From Balanoglossus misakiensis (taxonomy: Eukaryota; Animalia; Hemichordata): a stretch of 64,000 nt of DNA. The translations under genes were made by a program, and so were the position numbers. The stretch is from positions 3,392,349 to 3,456,348 of the forward strand of contig CM082586.2 of assembly GCA_040954595.2 (NCBI GenBank), read 5' to 3'. Under the pieces are notes generated by a model. The model was given only the letters and a program-made list of their open reading frames with translations. It did not search any database and was not told where the DNA came from. Shown piece after piece: positions 27,401 to 42,400 of the stretch (position 1 is the stretch's first letter; each line of letters begins with the position of its first letter).

Positions 27401-30400
27401 TTTCAATCGGACATTTTCTGCCAACGTTAGAGATGTGAAAGACAGCTCAATGCGACAGCATACGTCAAGCCACCGATTCTGTTTCCTCCAGAGGCACTGT
27501 AATCTTTTCTTAGAGTGATGTATTTGTCCACTCATAACCCCGTTCACTGTAAAGTGGTCCTCTTTAATGTCTTAATAGTCGCAGCACTTTTACTTAATCT
27601 TCAATGGCACATTTTTGCAAATCAAAGGCAAATATCAAAAGCTGTTTGTCTTTACGTAATGTGATTTGTTCAAAGAGCGGCAGTACCCTGGAGTTTTACA
27701 AGCTCCGATGCTCCTGTTTTTATTTGTCTCTGTGGACCTTTGCGATTTACATAGGGAGCCTTCAAAGCTGCAAGTTTCCGTGACACGCATACAAAAACGA
27801 AGTGTGCTGCTCGACTGCACATGCACAGAGAGTGGAGTCTGCCAGCCAATTACAGGCAGGAGGCTTATACTGCTGATTACATAGATCAAGGGTGCATACG
27901 AACATGCTAATGATGGAAAAAGTCAAATTGAAGACTCATAATTGCAGTTTTGTTGCTTATTGCCTTCATTAAACGTGTTCAAAATCCCATGCGCAAAGCT
28001 GTGATCTGCAGTTTCCATGGTTACAATTATCCCGAGAACTTTGGGGGAAAAAGTGTCTTGCGCGATATCATATCCTGTCCATAATATTGGAAATGTCCAA
28101 GGCATAATTAACTTAGAGAAAAAAGTGCATACTGATCTCAGTTCCATTGTAAATCTACAAAACGACTTCCGTGCTTGTCTAACTTTACAACATATTAGCG
28201 CACAGCCATTTGTGTATGAACTGCAGATATTCTCGGGATGCAGTATGTACCGATAAATTCTTCGTGCTAAAATGATGTCTCTGAGTGTTCTAGGGAAAAC
28301 ATGTGGTGGTGCTTTTTTTTCATGTGTACCACCCATTAAAAATCTGATTGGCTATATTTGAATTTCTCATAGTAACAGTGGTTAAATTTGCATACTAGGT
28401 GACTGTGTACCTTTAATCCCCAGGATCACTTACTCATCCACAGTTGACCTCAATGAAGAGACCACTGAAGTACTGGTTCACTGTCAGAGACAATGTCATA
28501 ATTCCATGCATTTTATTGATGCACAGAAACGCACTTCATGCATGAGCTGTCAACTGCATACAGCCTCATCACAAAGTGCGATCAAGCGCAGCAAAGATGT
28601 CAACTACACCCTTAATGTATGTCAAGTAACATACGGACATGAACGTCCCTAGTTTGACAAAAAAAAATCCCTACATTTCATGCTTTGGTCATGCCTACAT
28701 GATCCTCACTAGCTCGTAACAGAGGCGAGCTTGACATCAGACATAGCCAATGAGCTGTGTGGTCGTAAACATGCGTCGGATGGCGCGACCTCTGATTTCT
28801 TGCTGATTGATGATTCGGAAGCGGATGATCTGACGGCAGATTACAGAATCCCAAGAGCAGATGCTTGCTTAAGTACAGGCAATAAAAAGGCTTATCTCCA
28901 GAGAGAAAAAAAACGGTCTCCCGATCTGCTACAGAAGCAACATGGTTATGTGTGTAAAAAAGCTCGTAAAGTTTAACACCCTATCACGTTAATGGTTCTG
29001 CAGTCAATATGCACCGATCCAGGTGAATAAATTCTATCCAGTTATTAATACAACTGTTTTACAGCATTCTGAATGAAAACGTGAAAAATATGCTGATGGT
29101 CTCCATGGAGACGCATTCATCTTTTATGTGTGCTTATCAGCTGAATAATTGAGCAAATGTTTGAATGAATCTATCGACTGCAGAGATCCAAGGTGCAAAC
29201 CCCGTTGTCAAGGAGTTTTTTCACAAAATGAATTGCAGTGATTGAAGTAGCTGTTTGAATTGTGGAAACATTCCTTGAGTTTAGAGAAAAAATTATACAA
29301 TTTCCATAAACTGCTGTCATGTTATGACCTCGAGAACACAACTTTAGATTAATGTATGGCCGCTGTCTGCAATCTCCCTTTGCCAGAGACAGTCGAGCCA
29401 ACCAAACAGCTGCTGCCATGGTGATCGGAAATTGCAAACTCCAGCGTACAGTGAGGTGAACAAATCCTGAATTAAGAGATCATTCGATCTGTCTGGATCC
29501 ATTGGCTGTACCTGTACAGTGTGGCTATTGATGGAAATAAAGTTGTTAACCTTTTTGAAAAGGATCCATGCTTTATACATCTGTACTTTTTAAGCGATAT
29601 TGTTTTATACGTCCATCTCTATAGACCTGTAGTTGACATCATGTTAACACACAGGCTCACTAAAATGTCAGTTTTCGCAGCCATGTACAGTAGATTTTCC
29701 CCTGCAAAACTGCACACAAGGAAACAATAATCATGTTCTCTCCACAGTCAGTACAGGCATGAACCTAGGGATATGCCAATTTTATACAATGAGACATAAA
29801 CTTGTGACACTAGCCAAAATCCTCCAAGTTCCAACTTTAAACACAGCGCACAAAGTTATTAAAACCAACAGAAATACACTGCAAAGGTAAATTATCTTTC
29901 TACAAACAGAACCATAATCCCCAAATTGGCATCTTCATATGAACACACGATCAGCAAAAGGATCTTGACTTTGTCAGATTAAAAAACTGACCCTCAAATT
30001 AAACCCACAAGATCACATCGGCATTAAACAGGGTTTAAACCCTGAACCCAACAAAAGAATTTGATCAGCAATTTCTCTGCAGCAGATCAGCGTGTTCATC
30101 AAACTTGGAAATACTTGGAAAATAAATTAATTTTCAAGCTGACGATGGTTTCATTGAATTCAGGCTCGTTTGAAGAACCAAAGATTCTCTATTTTGGGCC
30201 ATACTTCAAAAATCACTTAACTACCAAGCTACAAATGAATGTTTTGCTTTTGACATTTAGCAAGATTTATGTCAGAAATACATGACAGGTATTTCTTCCC
30301 AAGGGCTGCTGTGTTCCAAAAGATTCCATATACTGATCCGATTTTACGGATTTCAAGTACACTGTATCTAATACTGAAGGAGAAAAATTCTCTGATATAA

Positions 30401-33400
30401 ATCGTAATGCTGTTTCATTAAGTGCCCATGACTTGGTTGTTCTGAATGGGGACAAAGTCTGACATATCGGAAGGGTGTAAGTACTCAACACTCATTCAAA
30501 ATTCCACAATTTTCCAGGAATTTTCCCAGCGTTTTTTTCTCCAGGAGTGACAGCATGGATGTAGGAAATTTCCAGGGGTTGCATAAATATGTCAAAAATA
30601 CATAGTCAAGCATGTTCATCAGTCTGGCTTATAGTAATGTTGTTTTCGTGCAGTTTTAGAATACACATGGGGCTCAGCAGACAGATAGAATGTGCTGATA
30701 TACTAGTTCTGAGTGGAAAACACCTAAATCAAATAGTCAGACATTCACTTCAATATTATTGGAAATAATCTACCCAAAGATTCATTCATCAGGAATATTG
30801 CCACAGCAGCAGTAATGAACCATCTGGCGGAGGACTTATCTGTCGTTTCCGCGACTGATGACGTTACTGTCAAACTGAGTTTCGATTAGACTGAATCAAA
30901 TATTGATCAGTTTGGGCGCTTTTAATGAGGCACAAATTTGGTGCTGCCACGGCGACAAGGACTCTCAGAAAGTGGCAGCTGTCTGGCTCAGGTGGGGGTG
31001 TTTTGATACGGCTCGCCGCGATTTTTTGCGTCCATTAATATGCACGCTGTAATTTCCGGCTCACGGGAGCGGCGCAGCCATCGGGTGAGCGATCGCGTGC
31101 CCTGATATAAAGAGGCTCCATGGATACGCGTGTACACTGCGTCAGCTGGGCTGAGCTATTAATTTCATATCACCTTCACATTTAGGCAGACAAGTTGTCA
31201 TGTTTTGACTTTTCTTGTCAATCTCATATTTCCACGATGGTTAACAATTACAAAACAAACTGAAGTGACAAATATTCAATTTCTATAACTTGTTGCACAA
31301 CTATTATTGCAACAGTCAATCTTCTACATCACATGTAACCGTGGTAACATATGCAATACAGCAGAATGGTCCAAACATACATTCCAGCATAGTGTCAATG
31401 ACAACTTCCCCTTCATTCTAATTCTATGATACCAATGCCACGCAGATTGTAGCATTTGTTTTGTAGCATATCTTTCTTTTTTGATCTATCGAAACAATGT
31501 TCAAAACGCATACACGTACTTCATTCTGATAACATCCTACCCCAGACATTGAGTATTTCAGACCTTTCAATCTGACGCCACTCAAATTGCTTGCGACTGG
31601 CACCGCAGGAGAAGTTCTCTATGACGTCTGTGTGGAGCACATTCCCTAATGTCACGCACCGACAACCTATCCTGTCACACCTGAGCTGGTCTTTTCAGCT
31701 TCAATTGAGAATTTGGACCTTTCAATCAATGTTAATAATGTCAAGTGTGCAGGTAGACCGCTGTTGTCAAAGAGATTGACCTTGTATACATGTACCTGTG
31801 TTTCCTGTTATCATGAATTCACTCGCTGCAGCTGTTTGTTTCTGCAACCATTATAAATAGAAATTGAGGTTGCTAAGAGACTTTTTAAAGAAAAAAAACA
31901 CAGCAAGTAATAACTATTCCTGCCCTTTTCAAACTTACAATAATTTTGAAAACTTTTTCACAAAAGTTTCTCTGTGATTTACATGTACTAGGGAGAGATC
32001 AAATTTTGCACGGTGTATTTTAGATGTCGGTCGCTGTGTCTGGGAGCATAAAAGTACAACAACATTTCATCAGTGTGTGCTGGATCCTTGGGTTGACATT
32101 GCAAGCCAACCGTGCATCACCCCGAGCCAAGCATTTCTAGCATTAAAATCACTGCATTATAACAGAGCATCTGTGGGGAACATCAGAAGCCTACAGGTAT
32201 TTGTGTACACCCCATTGCTGAGCTACCATTTCCGAGAAACTCCACAATGAAATTCATTATACCCGTACACTGAAGCTCACAATATGGTGTAACAGTATAG
32301 TGCAAGTTCTTTTGATATCCTGCAAGTTGAAAAACACACCGCCTCCAGAAAATTTCTCAATATCTTTGCATCGTAGAGACAGGCCAAAACACAGCCCTAA
32401 GCGTGGATAATCACCACACACTTATATCAACACCTTTCATTTATATCATAGTCCTTTTAAAATACAACATGATAATTGACTAAAGGCAGAATGTCCTCCA
32501 TTAGCCTTCTGACACCAGATTCCTACATCTTTTTCCCCCAAGCCGCAGGGGTCCTTTAGCAAAAATTTTAACAAACTCACAATCTCTAATATTGTACATG
32601 AAACACGTACTGAACAAGCTTTCTTCACATACAATGCTGTGAAAATGAATCCTGACATTTGCCAGGGGACGGGGTACGATTCCAAAGGGACCGCGACAAA
32701 ACCTTTTTGAATCTGAATGGTTGCAACATGACTTTGTTAAAGGTGGCGGTCACGCAACTTTTCAGTGGCGTGACCTGATTGTTCTCTGTGTGTTCCCAAA
32801 GCCTCTTCTTAAAGGACAGTGAACTTCTTCAAGTTCTTCAAAGTAAGTGGGAAACCATACGTTTAACTTCACTCTTTACAGAAGGAAACTTACAGCTTTC
32901 TCAATTGGTTTTTGGCCAAGCTACACACACACAGACACAGAGCTTTTATCTTACAACAAAAGGTCACCAGGATTACAGATGCATGGGAAAACTTAGTGGA
33001 AGAAGGTGAATCAAAGGTCAGGAGTTCAGACGCTCTACACAGATTCATTTGATACACACACAAACCTATACACATATTGCAATTTGCTTCGTTTCATCTT
33101 GTTACAAATTACCCTGTCTTCATTCGATTTATACCGCTATAATTTTCATGGCTTGGCAACAAATGCAGCGATCAACGGCAAACGCAGGCGTCACCTGTAG
33201 TTTTCCATCGTCTTCGGATGACTACAGCAGAACAGGCCGACAAATTGATTTCTTGTGCAGTCGCAAAACTAATCATGACGATTCAGTGACTCCCGTTTTA
33301 ATGCATTCCACCCGACTTTATGAAAACGGCAGAATTTCTCAGACAGCTAGTTGTTACGAAAGTTCCTGATTTCCTTTCCTTTTGCACAGGTCAGGGGTTG

Positions 33401-36400
33401 TGAGCATCAAAAGAAAATTGCAATTGAACCTGTTGTTAGTCCGAATCCAAAGCAATGTTTTTGCCATTTTCTACAGATCAGAGAAACACTCAATCCAGCA
33501 ACCCACGAGACCTACAAACTATTCTTACATCTCTGATTGATTGGTTGAATTAAATCCATGAATGGTAACAAGCAGGTGTAACATTGATTTTGTACAGTCT
33601 TGAAAGAGCTGACAACTTTATTTATGAAGACTATTTATATACATGCTCAGACTGAACTTTCTTGAGTATACATGCATGCATACATGCATGGGCACAGGGC
33701 ACCTGATTTTGTTGGTCATTGATATTCTGTGCCTCAGTATTTTTGCTATAATGTAACACGTTGTAATTTAAAAATTGAGCTCACAGCTTGCTATTATTGA
33801 TGGGATAATTCCCACAAGTGTGCTCTTTCTGGCCTTGTTTGATTTGTTTGCAAATTTATGAATTGGGTTTGAAAAACCAAAGCAGGCAGGGGAGGTTGAG
33901 TAATAAAAAAAATTTCCTAGCCACAATCCTACGCGACGATGAAAACATATTCTATCCTTACTTCGGAAAGTGAATTTAATCAATCAAGATTCCTCCACGG
34001 TTCAGCTCACGGAGTTCTGAATCTTCTTCACGATAATACGATTCTCACGCGGCGTATTATTTCTCTCCCGAGTGTCTGTATTCCATAATCTATGGACGGA
34101 AAAATACCCGGCTACTCCTGTATGTATATATGTATGAACATCGGCAAATCTGTCACCTCTGTAATGGTATATGTGCCACCCCTCACTTCAAGCAAATACC
34201 ATGCGGTCCCACGTAAAGACGAACTAATTATCCGGCTATCTCTGTCGTCTTCAGTAACCGACAACCAACACTTAGGTGTTTACCCTGCGGCAGTCGCCTG
34301 ACCCCTCTCTTCTATTAATTCGTCTTTCTTGCCAATTACTTCTGTATGCAGTCTTCCGTGAATCTGACGTAAGCGATCAGTTTGGACTAAAACAAACACT
34401 GATAGTCTTTTGCAAAGCGAAAGTTTTCACTCTGTAAACCTCTAAAAACCTGTGTTTTTTTAAGATTTCTGACAGCGAGTCTCCAAAAGAAATGATATAA
34501 AAGATTACATAATCACCTTGACGCAGGGAGAATTAGGTATTCCCGGAAATGAGACACTATATTTCCCTGAAAAGCTTTCTATGGGATTATAACTGTAAAA
34601 TAAAAGCCCGCAACAAACACAGCATTTATGAAAATATGTTGGCCTGGATTTCGCAGCGTCTTTTCAAAAGTGAAGCCTGCGGCCACGGCGAACCGTGCGT
34701 GACTCGCGACGCACTCTCAGCAATAGTACTTTTCTGTCAAATGCAGTGGGTGGTCCATAATACCCAGGGTGTGAGAAACCCACAACAATATCAGAAACGT
34801 CCAACGGCACATGAATTGCTCATGTGTAGGAATTTTTTGCGTGAATATACAGCAGGGCTTCTTGTAACCTCGTTTCTGCTGACCGCATGTTTACTCTGCG
34901 ATATAGTTTTCACTAAAATGCACTTTTGCACAAATTTCACACCTGTATATCTCCATTGATCTCTGCAATTGATAAACTTTCAACCGCAGCAGCTACGACA
35001 CACAAACTGCAAGTGACCTACATCTTGAATGTGACCTTTTCCTGTCACCTTAACGACGCAAACACAAGCTGAGAATACTCATCCATATTTTGATAAAATA
35101 CACAATAACCGGCACTCCTTAAGCACATCTTGCTGAAATGCACCTTTTCACAAGATCATGGACGCTGAAGTATAAGTGGTTGAGCAATCATGGCTATATC
35201 GAGTTCATTAACTTGCACTTTTCCCTGACACAGATTTCAATCAGAATTTCAATTATGAATAAATTGGGCTTGAATGTCTTGGCTGGGTGACTGAAAACCC
35301 TCGTCAACCTATAAAACTGCATGACCTGTTCCAATTATCGGGCTTAGTTCACTGTTTTTTCGCCTGAAAAAAGTACATCAATCTTCCTCAACACGTGAAA
35401 ATCAATACATTACTTCTGACAGATATTCATGCAACTACCTTAAACTAGAAAGTATTTAAATTTTCTGAAAGCCTTGATTTTTCTCTCCTCTTTTACCAGT
35501 GTCAGCAAAATGCAAACTACTATACATGTACCACTTAGTGAACAGCATGCTTCACTCAGCAAGCTGTGAGCAAATTCTCGGCCGATCAACACACTTTCAC
35601 ACCATATAAATTAACAAGATGAAATCTCCACAGCAAACAAAAAAGCCATTTCATTCAAGGACTACTATCTCTGAGCCGGTTAAACTCTGAGCGCCAAGCT
35701 ACAGCAAAATGACACAATTGATTTTTCAATCACTGCCCTCACGGTCCTTTGAGATAAGATAACTATGGTTCCCCAACAGGCCAGTTGCATTTGCAGTTAA
35801 CCCATCTTCAAAGTCCTCATTCCAGATCTAGTTCAACACGGGGCTTTACGAAAAGTAATTAAACGTGTGCTGTGACTCTGTGGTGAACTTGGCTGATGTG
35901 CATAGAAAAGAGAACCGAACACTGATTAATCCAGAATATTTTGACTGACTTTAACATGAAGTCATCCACTGAATACTAATAAATAGTGTACGTGACATCA
36001 ACAAGATTCGACACACGTGTCCGCGGCGGTTGCTATCATTGCAAGATTCCGAACACGCACAACATTACATGAAACATCTACTGTTGCAATGTTTTTCCAT
36101 GGATGTTCGTGCTCCTGCTATTTCAACTGGCGATGTTTAAAACTTCCCAACTCTCTCTAAATTTACTATGTTATTCTCACTGATTTTGAAATTTCTCCCT
36201 AGAAAAAAAATTCATAACTGATTTTCCAGGTGCATTACTACCTTAATATACAATTTAACATTAGTGGAGGTCGACGCCACTAGAGTTTCCTACCCACAGT
36301 GCAGATGTAATTGGATTCTGGTGATAATAACACACCTGTATTATAAGAAATGATGACGGCTGGCAAAAAAGGTTAAGTAAAATAGGTACGACACACATTG

Positions 36401-39400
36401 TGTTGACACGCGTCATGAACGAAAATTGTATTTTTAGAACTCCTCTTAGCTCTTTTCATTTCATATATACCGGTGGTAAACATGGATATTCATGCATGGC
36501 ACAGAAATTACATCTCCATGGCAACATGAGCAATTTTGGCAAGATCAATCTTGTAATTACCGTTTGTGTACTTGCAAGTGTAGATTCTTATAAATGTATT
36601 CAGCCACACGGGGTACAGTCCCTATACTGCTGTACAACTTTTTCGTAGGGAGTTGTTTTTAATATGATATGAAGGTATCAACAATTATCAAGAATCTTAA
36701 CAAGCTTACACAATTGTGTCATATTCAATTTGCGTAAAAATCCCATACTTCAGAATCAAATAATATGGATGTATAAACATGTTTTTCGAAATCGATGGTG
36801 ACTATCTGAAGGCTACACAATGCTGATCTCATTAAAGCCCTGTATTCAAAGTTATTACGTGTGTGCATTCTAGTCTTCACGTAATTTCTTGGCGCCACCG
36901 CGTCTGTAGTGGAAATCCTTGGAGGGTTGCCGGCCTATCTGTTCATCACGTTTCCTCTGTTTTTCAGTAATTTTGAAGATGACGTCCCTGCATTGAAGTT
37001 GCCATTTTTGCAATTTATAAAATACAACCTTTACAGAAACGGCCATTCTGCTGTCATAGATGATTCAGTTGTAATGTCAAATTATGGGTTAATAGGGTCC
37101 GGTGCGTCGTAATGGAAACTGAAAATCTGTGCCCGGCCAGACAGCCTTCCATTTGTGGAGGCATCGCGTTGGAAAATAACTCATCCCTGGAATACGAAGT
37201 ATGGAAAGGTGACAGTGGTGACAGGATAAATGGGAAGTGTATCACACGGACATGTATTTACGTGCGGATAGACGTCAGGACGCTATGCCGGCTGTTACCT
37301 CCAGGTATTCCTGGTATAATGTTATCTTAACTGCAATTTGGCACACTGATGCTCTCGGGGTAGAACCACAAATATCCATGGATTAGGGAGTTGATCTGGC
37401 TGCAGGGGATACATGCGCGATGACCATGAGATTTTAATAGATACATGAATGATTGCGAAATGCAAATTAGGTACCGTGCATGTACATTAATGCATCTTTA
37501 TGCCTAAAGTCACATGAAACTGCTACACGTACAGTACACCTTGTGTCTAGTATGTATCCTCATCTTGGATTTCCGTGATTTGCTTGTACCAGTACGTCAT
37601 ACATCCATCATGATGTGAGCATGTTATCTCCCGATTTGCACGCACCTGTTACAATTTGGGAGTATTAACGAACTTGTAAAAAGTTACTGTAGTATCTGTG
37701 CCTCATTTGTGTCAATTTTCACACTGTCCAGGTTTTCAGCTTCGAAAAGCAGCTTTAGATTTAAGATGGTGGTTTTTATTAAGTCACTGCACTGTACACG
37801 GTTCCCCGTTGTCAAGGAGTTCCAGCTGAGCAGACTCCGTCAAACAGAGTATAGCCACGGGCGTAAACTACACACAGTGTATTAGACACTCCAACTGCAT
37901 AGTTCGCAAAGACACTGCAGTCACCCTGGTGAAATAAACCTCACGCCTGTCTTTCAAACAAAGCCCTAATTGTTCAGTGAGGCAACATGGAATCATCTGT
38001 GAATAGCATGCCATCCGGAGAACCCCCCAAGAAACCAGGAAATCTGACACTTTTCATGGACTGCCACAATCTTGTGCATTAATTGACCAATCTTTTCCAT
38101 TTTTGTATAATAAGTACTGGGACGGGAATCTGCTGTATGCAAACAAGCCAAAAGAAGCAACAGGATGACTCTACCACAAGTCAAAGACATACAAATTTAA
38201 TTACAGGACTTCTAGGAGTTATTCCTAGTAATCCTGTATTTGCAAGGCAAGGATTTTTAGGGATTCCAAGGAGTAAATTTCATTTTTTCCAGGACTTTAA
38301 ACGACTTCGCAGGAGTGGTTTCAAATTCTGCGTCGCTCCACGATTTTCCAGGAATAATAGTGTACAAACCATGCACTTACATAACAACTGAATCCTGTGC
38401 AAAGCTAGACATGTATATACCTGACTCTTCTGTTCTAACCGGAGAAATAAACTTTTGAACATTCGCTTATTTGCCCCTCCTACTGTCATTTTATTCAGAG
38501 CCAACAGCAGAGGATATTTCCCACACTGAATTCATCCACACATTTTGTTCTGTTGTATGTTCTTTCACTTTATGAAATCGTGGACTATTCACAACCAGAC
38601 ATTACAGCACTCAGCTGAAATAGACCAATATCTGTAATCATATGCTCCAGTGCACTAGAAACTGTCTAAAATTAGGTACATATTCTCTTAGTTGACACGT
38701 CGCCATCTCAGCCTCACCTCATCCATTTTCATTCTCTTCTTTCAATTTTTCTGACTGAAACCCCAAGAGGTTTATAAGCTCTGTGTTACAGATTCAGGAG
38801 ATTGTATCCCAGCCACTGTCTAATGGACTACTTGAACAAGTCTCGCCTACTTGTTGTCTTGACAAAGAGACACGTCACGCGTTAAGTGGCTGAGGAATGA
38901 CGTCTTGCAGCTCGGTAATTATTGTGTCTGAGCCACTCGCCCCGGCCATTGTTTCTACTGGAAGAAAACGATCACAAGCAATCAGGGTGTTCTACTGTTG
39001 ACAGGTATTATGTACACAGCATACATCACAGAATTGACAGCACAGATTCTGGCGAGGGAAAGTGAAAAGTCGCGACGCAGAGATGAAAGAGCAGCGCAGT
39101 CGTGTTGAAAATTCACACAAAGTTAAACGGCAAAAAGAGTATTATAAGAGATTATACACCGTAGCAACCATGTGAAATGTCTTCCATGTTTGATCAAGGC
39201 ACCGACATGAACATCTGATGTACCAGAGATTAGAGAGTTGTTGGAGTATCGCGCTTAGTGAGGATGTAATTACCTCTTCTAAGACCCGCAATGTCTAGAG
39301 GAAGATCAAGATCAATCCCATTAAACCAGACTTAACACCCGCTTGGCGAGCTTACGTCGGGGAACATCAAAGGCTACACGTGCAACTAATTGCCACAATC

Positions 39401-42400
39401 TTGGTGGAATCTTCAGCCGACCTTTTGAACAGGATGACATGTAGATTTTTGTCTGCTTGTGTAGGATCAGAGTTTGGGGAATTACTTATGCCATAATGCC
39501 ATGTTATTCTTACGAGACAAGGCAATTGAAACAGTCAAATCGGCCTACTCGAGTTTCTGATGTGGAATGAAGTGTCATGCATGCAGTGGCACACATGTGC
39601 ACACAGCCCTGACATTTGACGAAAACTATTTCTGATACTTATGACAAAGCCACTGTGGTAATGAAGTCTTAAACTCTACTGATTCAGAATTAAAACTTTC
39701 TTCCTCAGGGAATGCGCGAAACTATACTTCCAGAAAGAATACACCAAATTTTGAAAACAAAATTTAATGCTGATTAAACCTCAAACATGTAACTTTAAGT
39801 GGTGATCTGGCAATATTACAGATTTTCATTCGCCTATGTGAAAAAGGCGCACGTTTTAAACCAGGCATACATTGGTATATTATGAGGAGACTTCATTTAA
39901 TCCCTTCAACAGCAATTTCTTCACATAGAAACACATACTGTACATGTACTAGTGTAGAGCCACTGTATGGGGTGAACGACTTCAGCTTTACAACAATTGA
40001 AAATAAGTTCCCGCCTCATTGTAACTCTCCAATCTGAATCTGGATGAGTTGTTTAACGTAAAGACGGCCAACAAACCTACCAAGCAACACACAGCTGTGG
40101 CTGAAGACAGCCATTGTTAATTCAACGCACCGTGTAGTCACCATGAAAGTAAAATCAATACGTATCATCATCCAGGCTGAAGTAACAGGATGTACGACCT
40201 CCGACTTAAAAAACACATCTAAAACTCTCGCAGTTAAACGCTCGACAGATTCGCGCGTAGGAGGCGCATTTACGATGTGTTCTCACTGCACGTTTGTGAT
40301 GCATGAAAAAAATGAGAAAAACAGCTTCAGGAGATGCAACTGATGTGAATGCACAAATCAATTAGTGATCAGCATTGTGGAATGAATTTCTGATTCAATA
40401 CACAAGCAATACTACAGTTGATATGATGATATTGTACTGTTATACCAGAAAGAAAGAACTGCCGAACAGGTTTTCCATTTCAGGCGGACGACCGTCACTT
40501 AGTAATTTCCTAACACCACACTCCCATATAAGCTCTCCTTCTATTTCAGTAAATCATAAAACTGTCGGCTAAATGGCACATTTCATTTTATATGTTTGGC
40601 CACTTCATTTTATTATCAGCAAATAATAAAGCTTCATTTCTGCCTTTAAACACAGCATGTGATATATAGTCTGTGTGTCCCAAAGCCCGCAAGTGCTTTC
40701 AGAATCACTCATGATTTATCCCAACAAACATCATCCTATGTTCATACTCTGACCATGTTTTGCTCTAGATTGTCTGACTGTTACTAGTCTTGCCTATAAC
40801 AGATCTTATTGGCACTCAGTTTGTATTTATGTTGCATCCTTGCAACCAACTTAGTGTCAGTGCAAGTCCACACACAAACTGACTTATGACTTTGTTATAT
40901 TTACCGACGAGCGCAAAGCACTTGTCATGCAGACATTTTCATCAGCGTCATCGACCAGACTATCTGCTAACTGATCCAATTGTGTTGGGTTGACTTCACC
41001 TGACCTAATACTTGGAGTAAGGATGCTGTGTTTGTACTGCTCATCATATATGGCTTTCAGGGGTGCATACTAAAAGCTTTCACAACGTCAGTGACTTTCC
41101 TTGATTTACGTGACTGCGTCCTTCTGACCGATTTCACACAACAGAGCAGGACGATGCTGAGTGCTCCCAGAGGTGTCATACAAGACAGTTAGATTACAAA
41201 ATACATCCACATAACATGAAAACACTGAGACCATCCTGTATAACAATTAAAGCTAACAATCACAGGACTTTAGAGAAGAGACAGCTGGAGGGATAAGCTT
41301 TGATTATATCATGAAGATGATATTTAAGATAGCTGAGGATTTTGACTATTCGTGCCATAGGGTACATTGTAACAGTTGGCTTGGTTATTGAACCACTGTT
41401 TTAGAGACAGAGATGCAGCCATGCAGTTTTCATCTGTAGACATCTTAGCTACCTGCATTAGTATATGGCACTTTGAATTCACTATGGATGTTGGTAAAAT
41501 ATTACATTATCCGCACCTGAAACGTATTGATTGCGACATATGGCACCGCAATTGTGTGATGTTGGAATCATTGTATGTACTCTGACATTCCATTGTCGTG
41601 GGAAAGCAATCTGCTGTGACTGACACCATGGTAAAAATCAATTATCCATCACAAATCTGTCACAGTTGTCTGTCAGCAGATTGATTTTAATTTGTTTCCG
41701 AAGTCTAATAGTGTTTATTTCCATCTCAAACCAACAAATTTATAATTTAAATCACTTCCAAAATGACTTTCGGATAATCTAACTTAGATGGTGTTCATCC
41801 TGCCCAGACCCTGATGTCAGAATTAATCTTGTTGCAACATCTGGACAAATTGAAAAAGCTAGTTTTGTTGCACAAGCATGTCTTTTTAAAGTGTTTTATA
41901 TTCAGACTGCTTCATCCTGTTCAAACTGTAAGAGGTATCAGACCTACACGCACGTGTCGACTGGTGATATTCTTAATAGTCGCAGTAATGTACCATAAGG
42001 ACACCATAAGGACCACTTAACCATGCATTAGTCAATTAACTTGTCTATCTAAAGTAATTACAATTCTTATCTAGACTCTTAATCAACTTCAGACATTTTC
42101 AAAAATCACAAGTGGATGAACATTGTACAATGCCGATATTCTCCCACTATGGGCATAACGAAAATGGCTATCCATTTTACAGCGAGTAAAATATTGAAAA
42201 CGCTTATGTTGATGCAAACAGGGTTTTGAGTACATTAAGTATTGCCTTATCTGACAGCAGTTGATTGCATGAAATGATCAAGGAGGATTACACTCATGTT
42301 CCTTTTTCCAAACATGCAAAATATTGATTTTATTATTATATTCTAGCATAATCAATAAACTGGTTGAAAGTGAATACAAGGGGGACATTTGCTGTTCTTG

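Noticed and set aside
28731-28976. 81-aa acidic-then-basic plus-strand ORF
   Set aside because: It has a non-ATG start, no clear splice signals and no recognisable domain.
32748-32775. Hairpin GGTCACGC-aacttttcagtg-GCGTGACC, and a similar one at ~46476
   Set aside because: Too short for a pre-miRNA; 8-bp stems are expected by chance in 64 kb.
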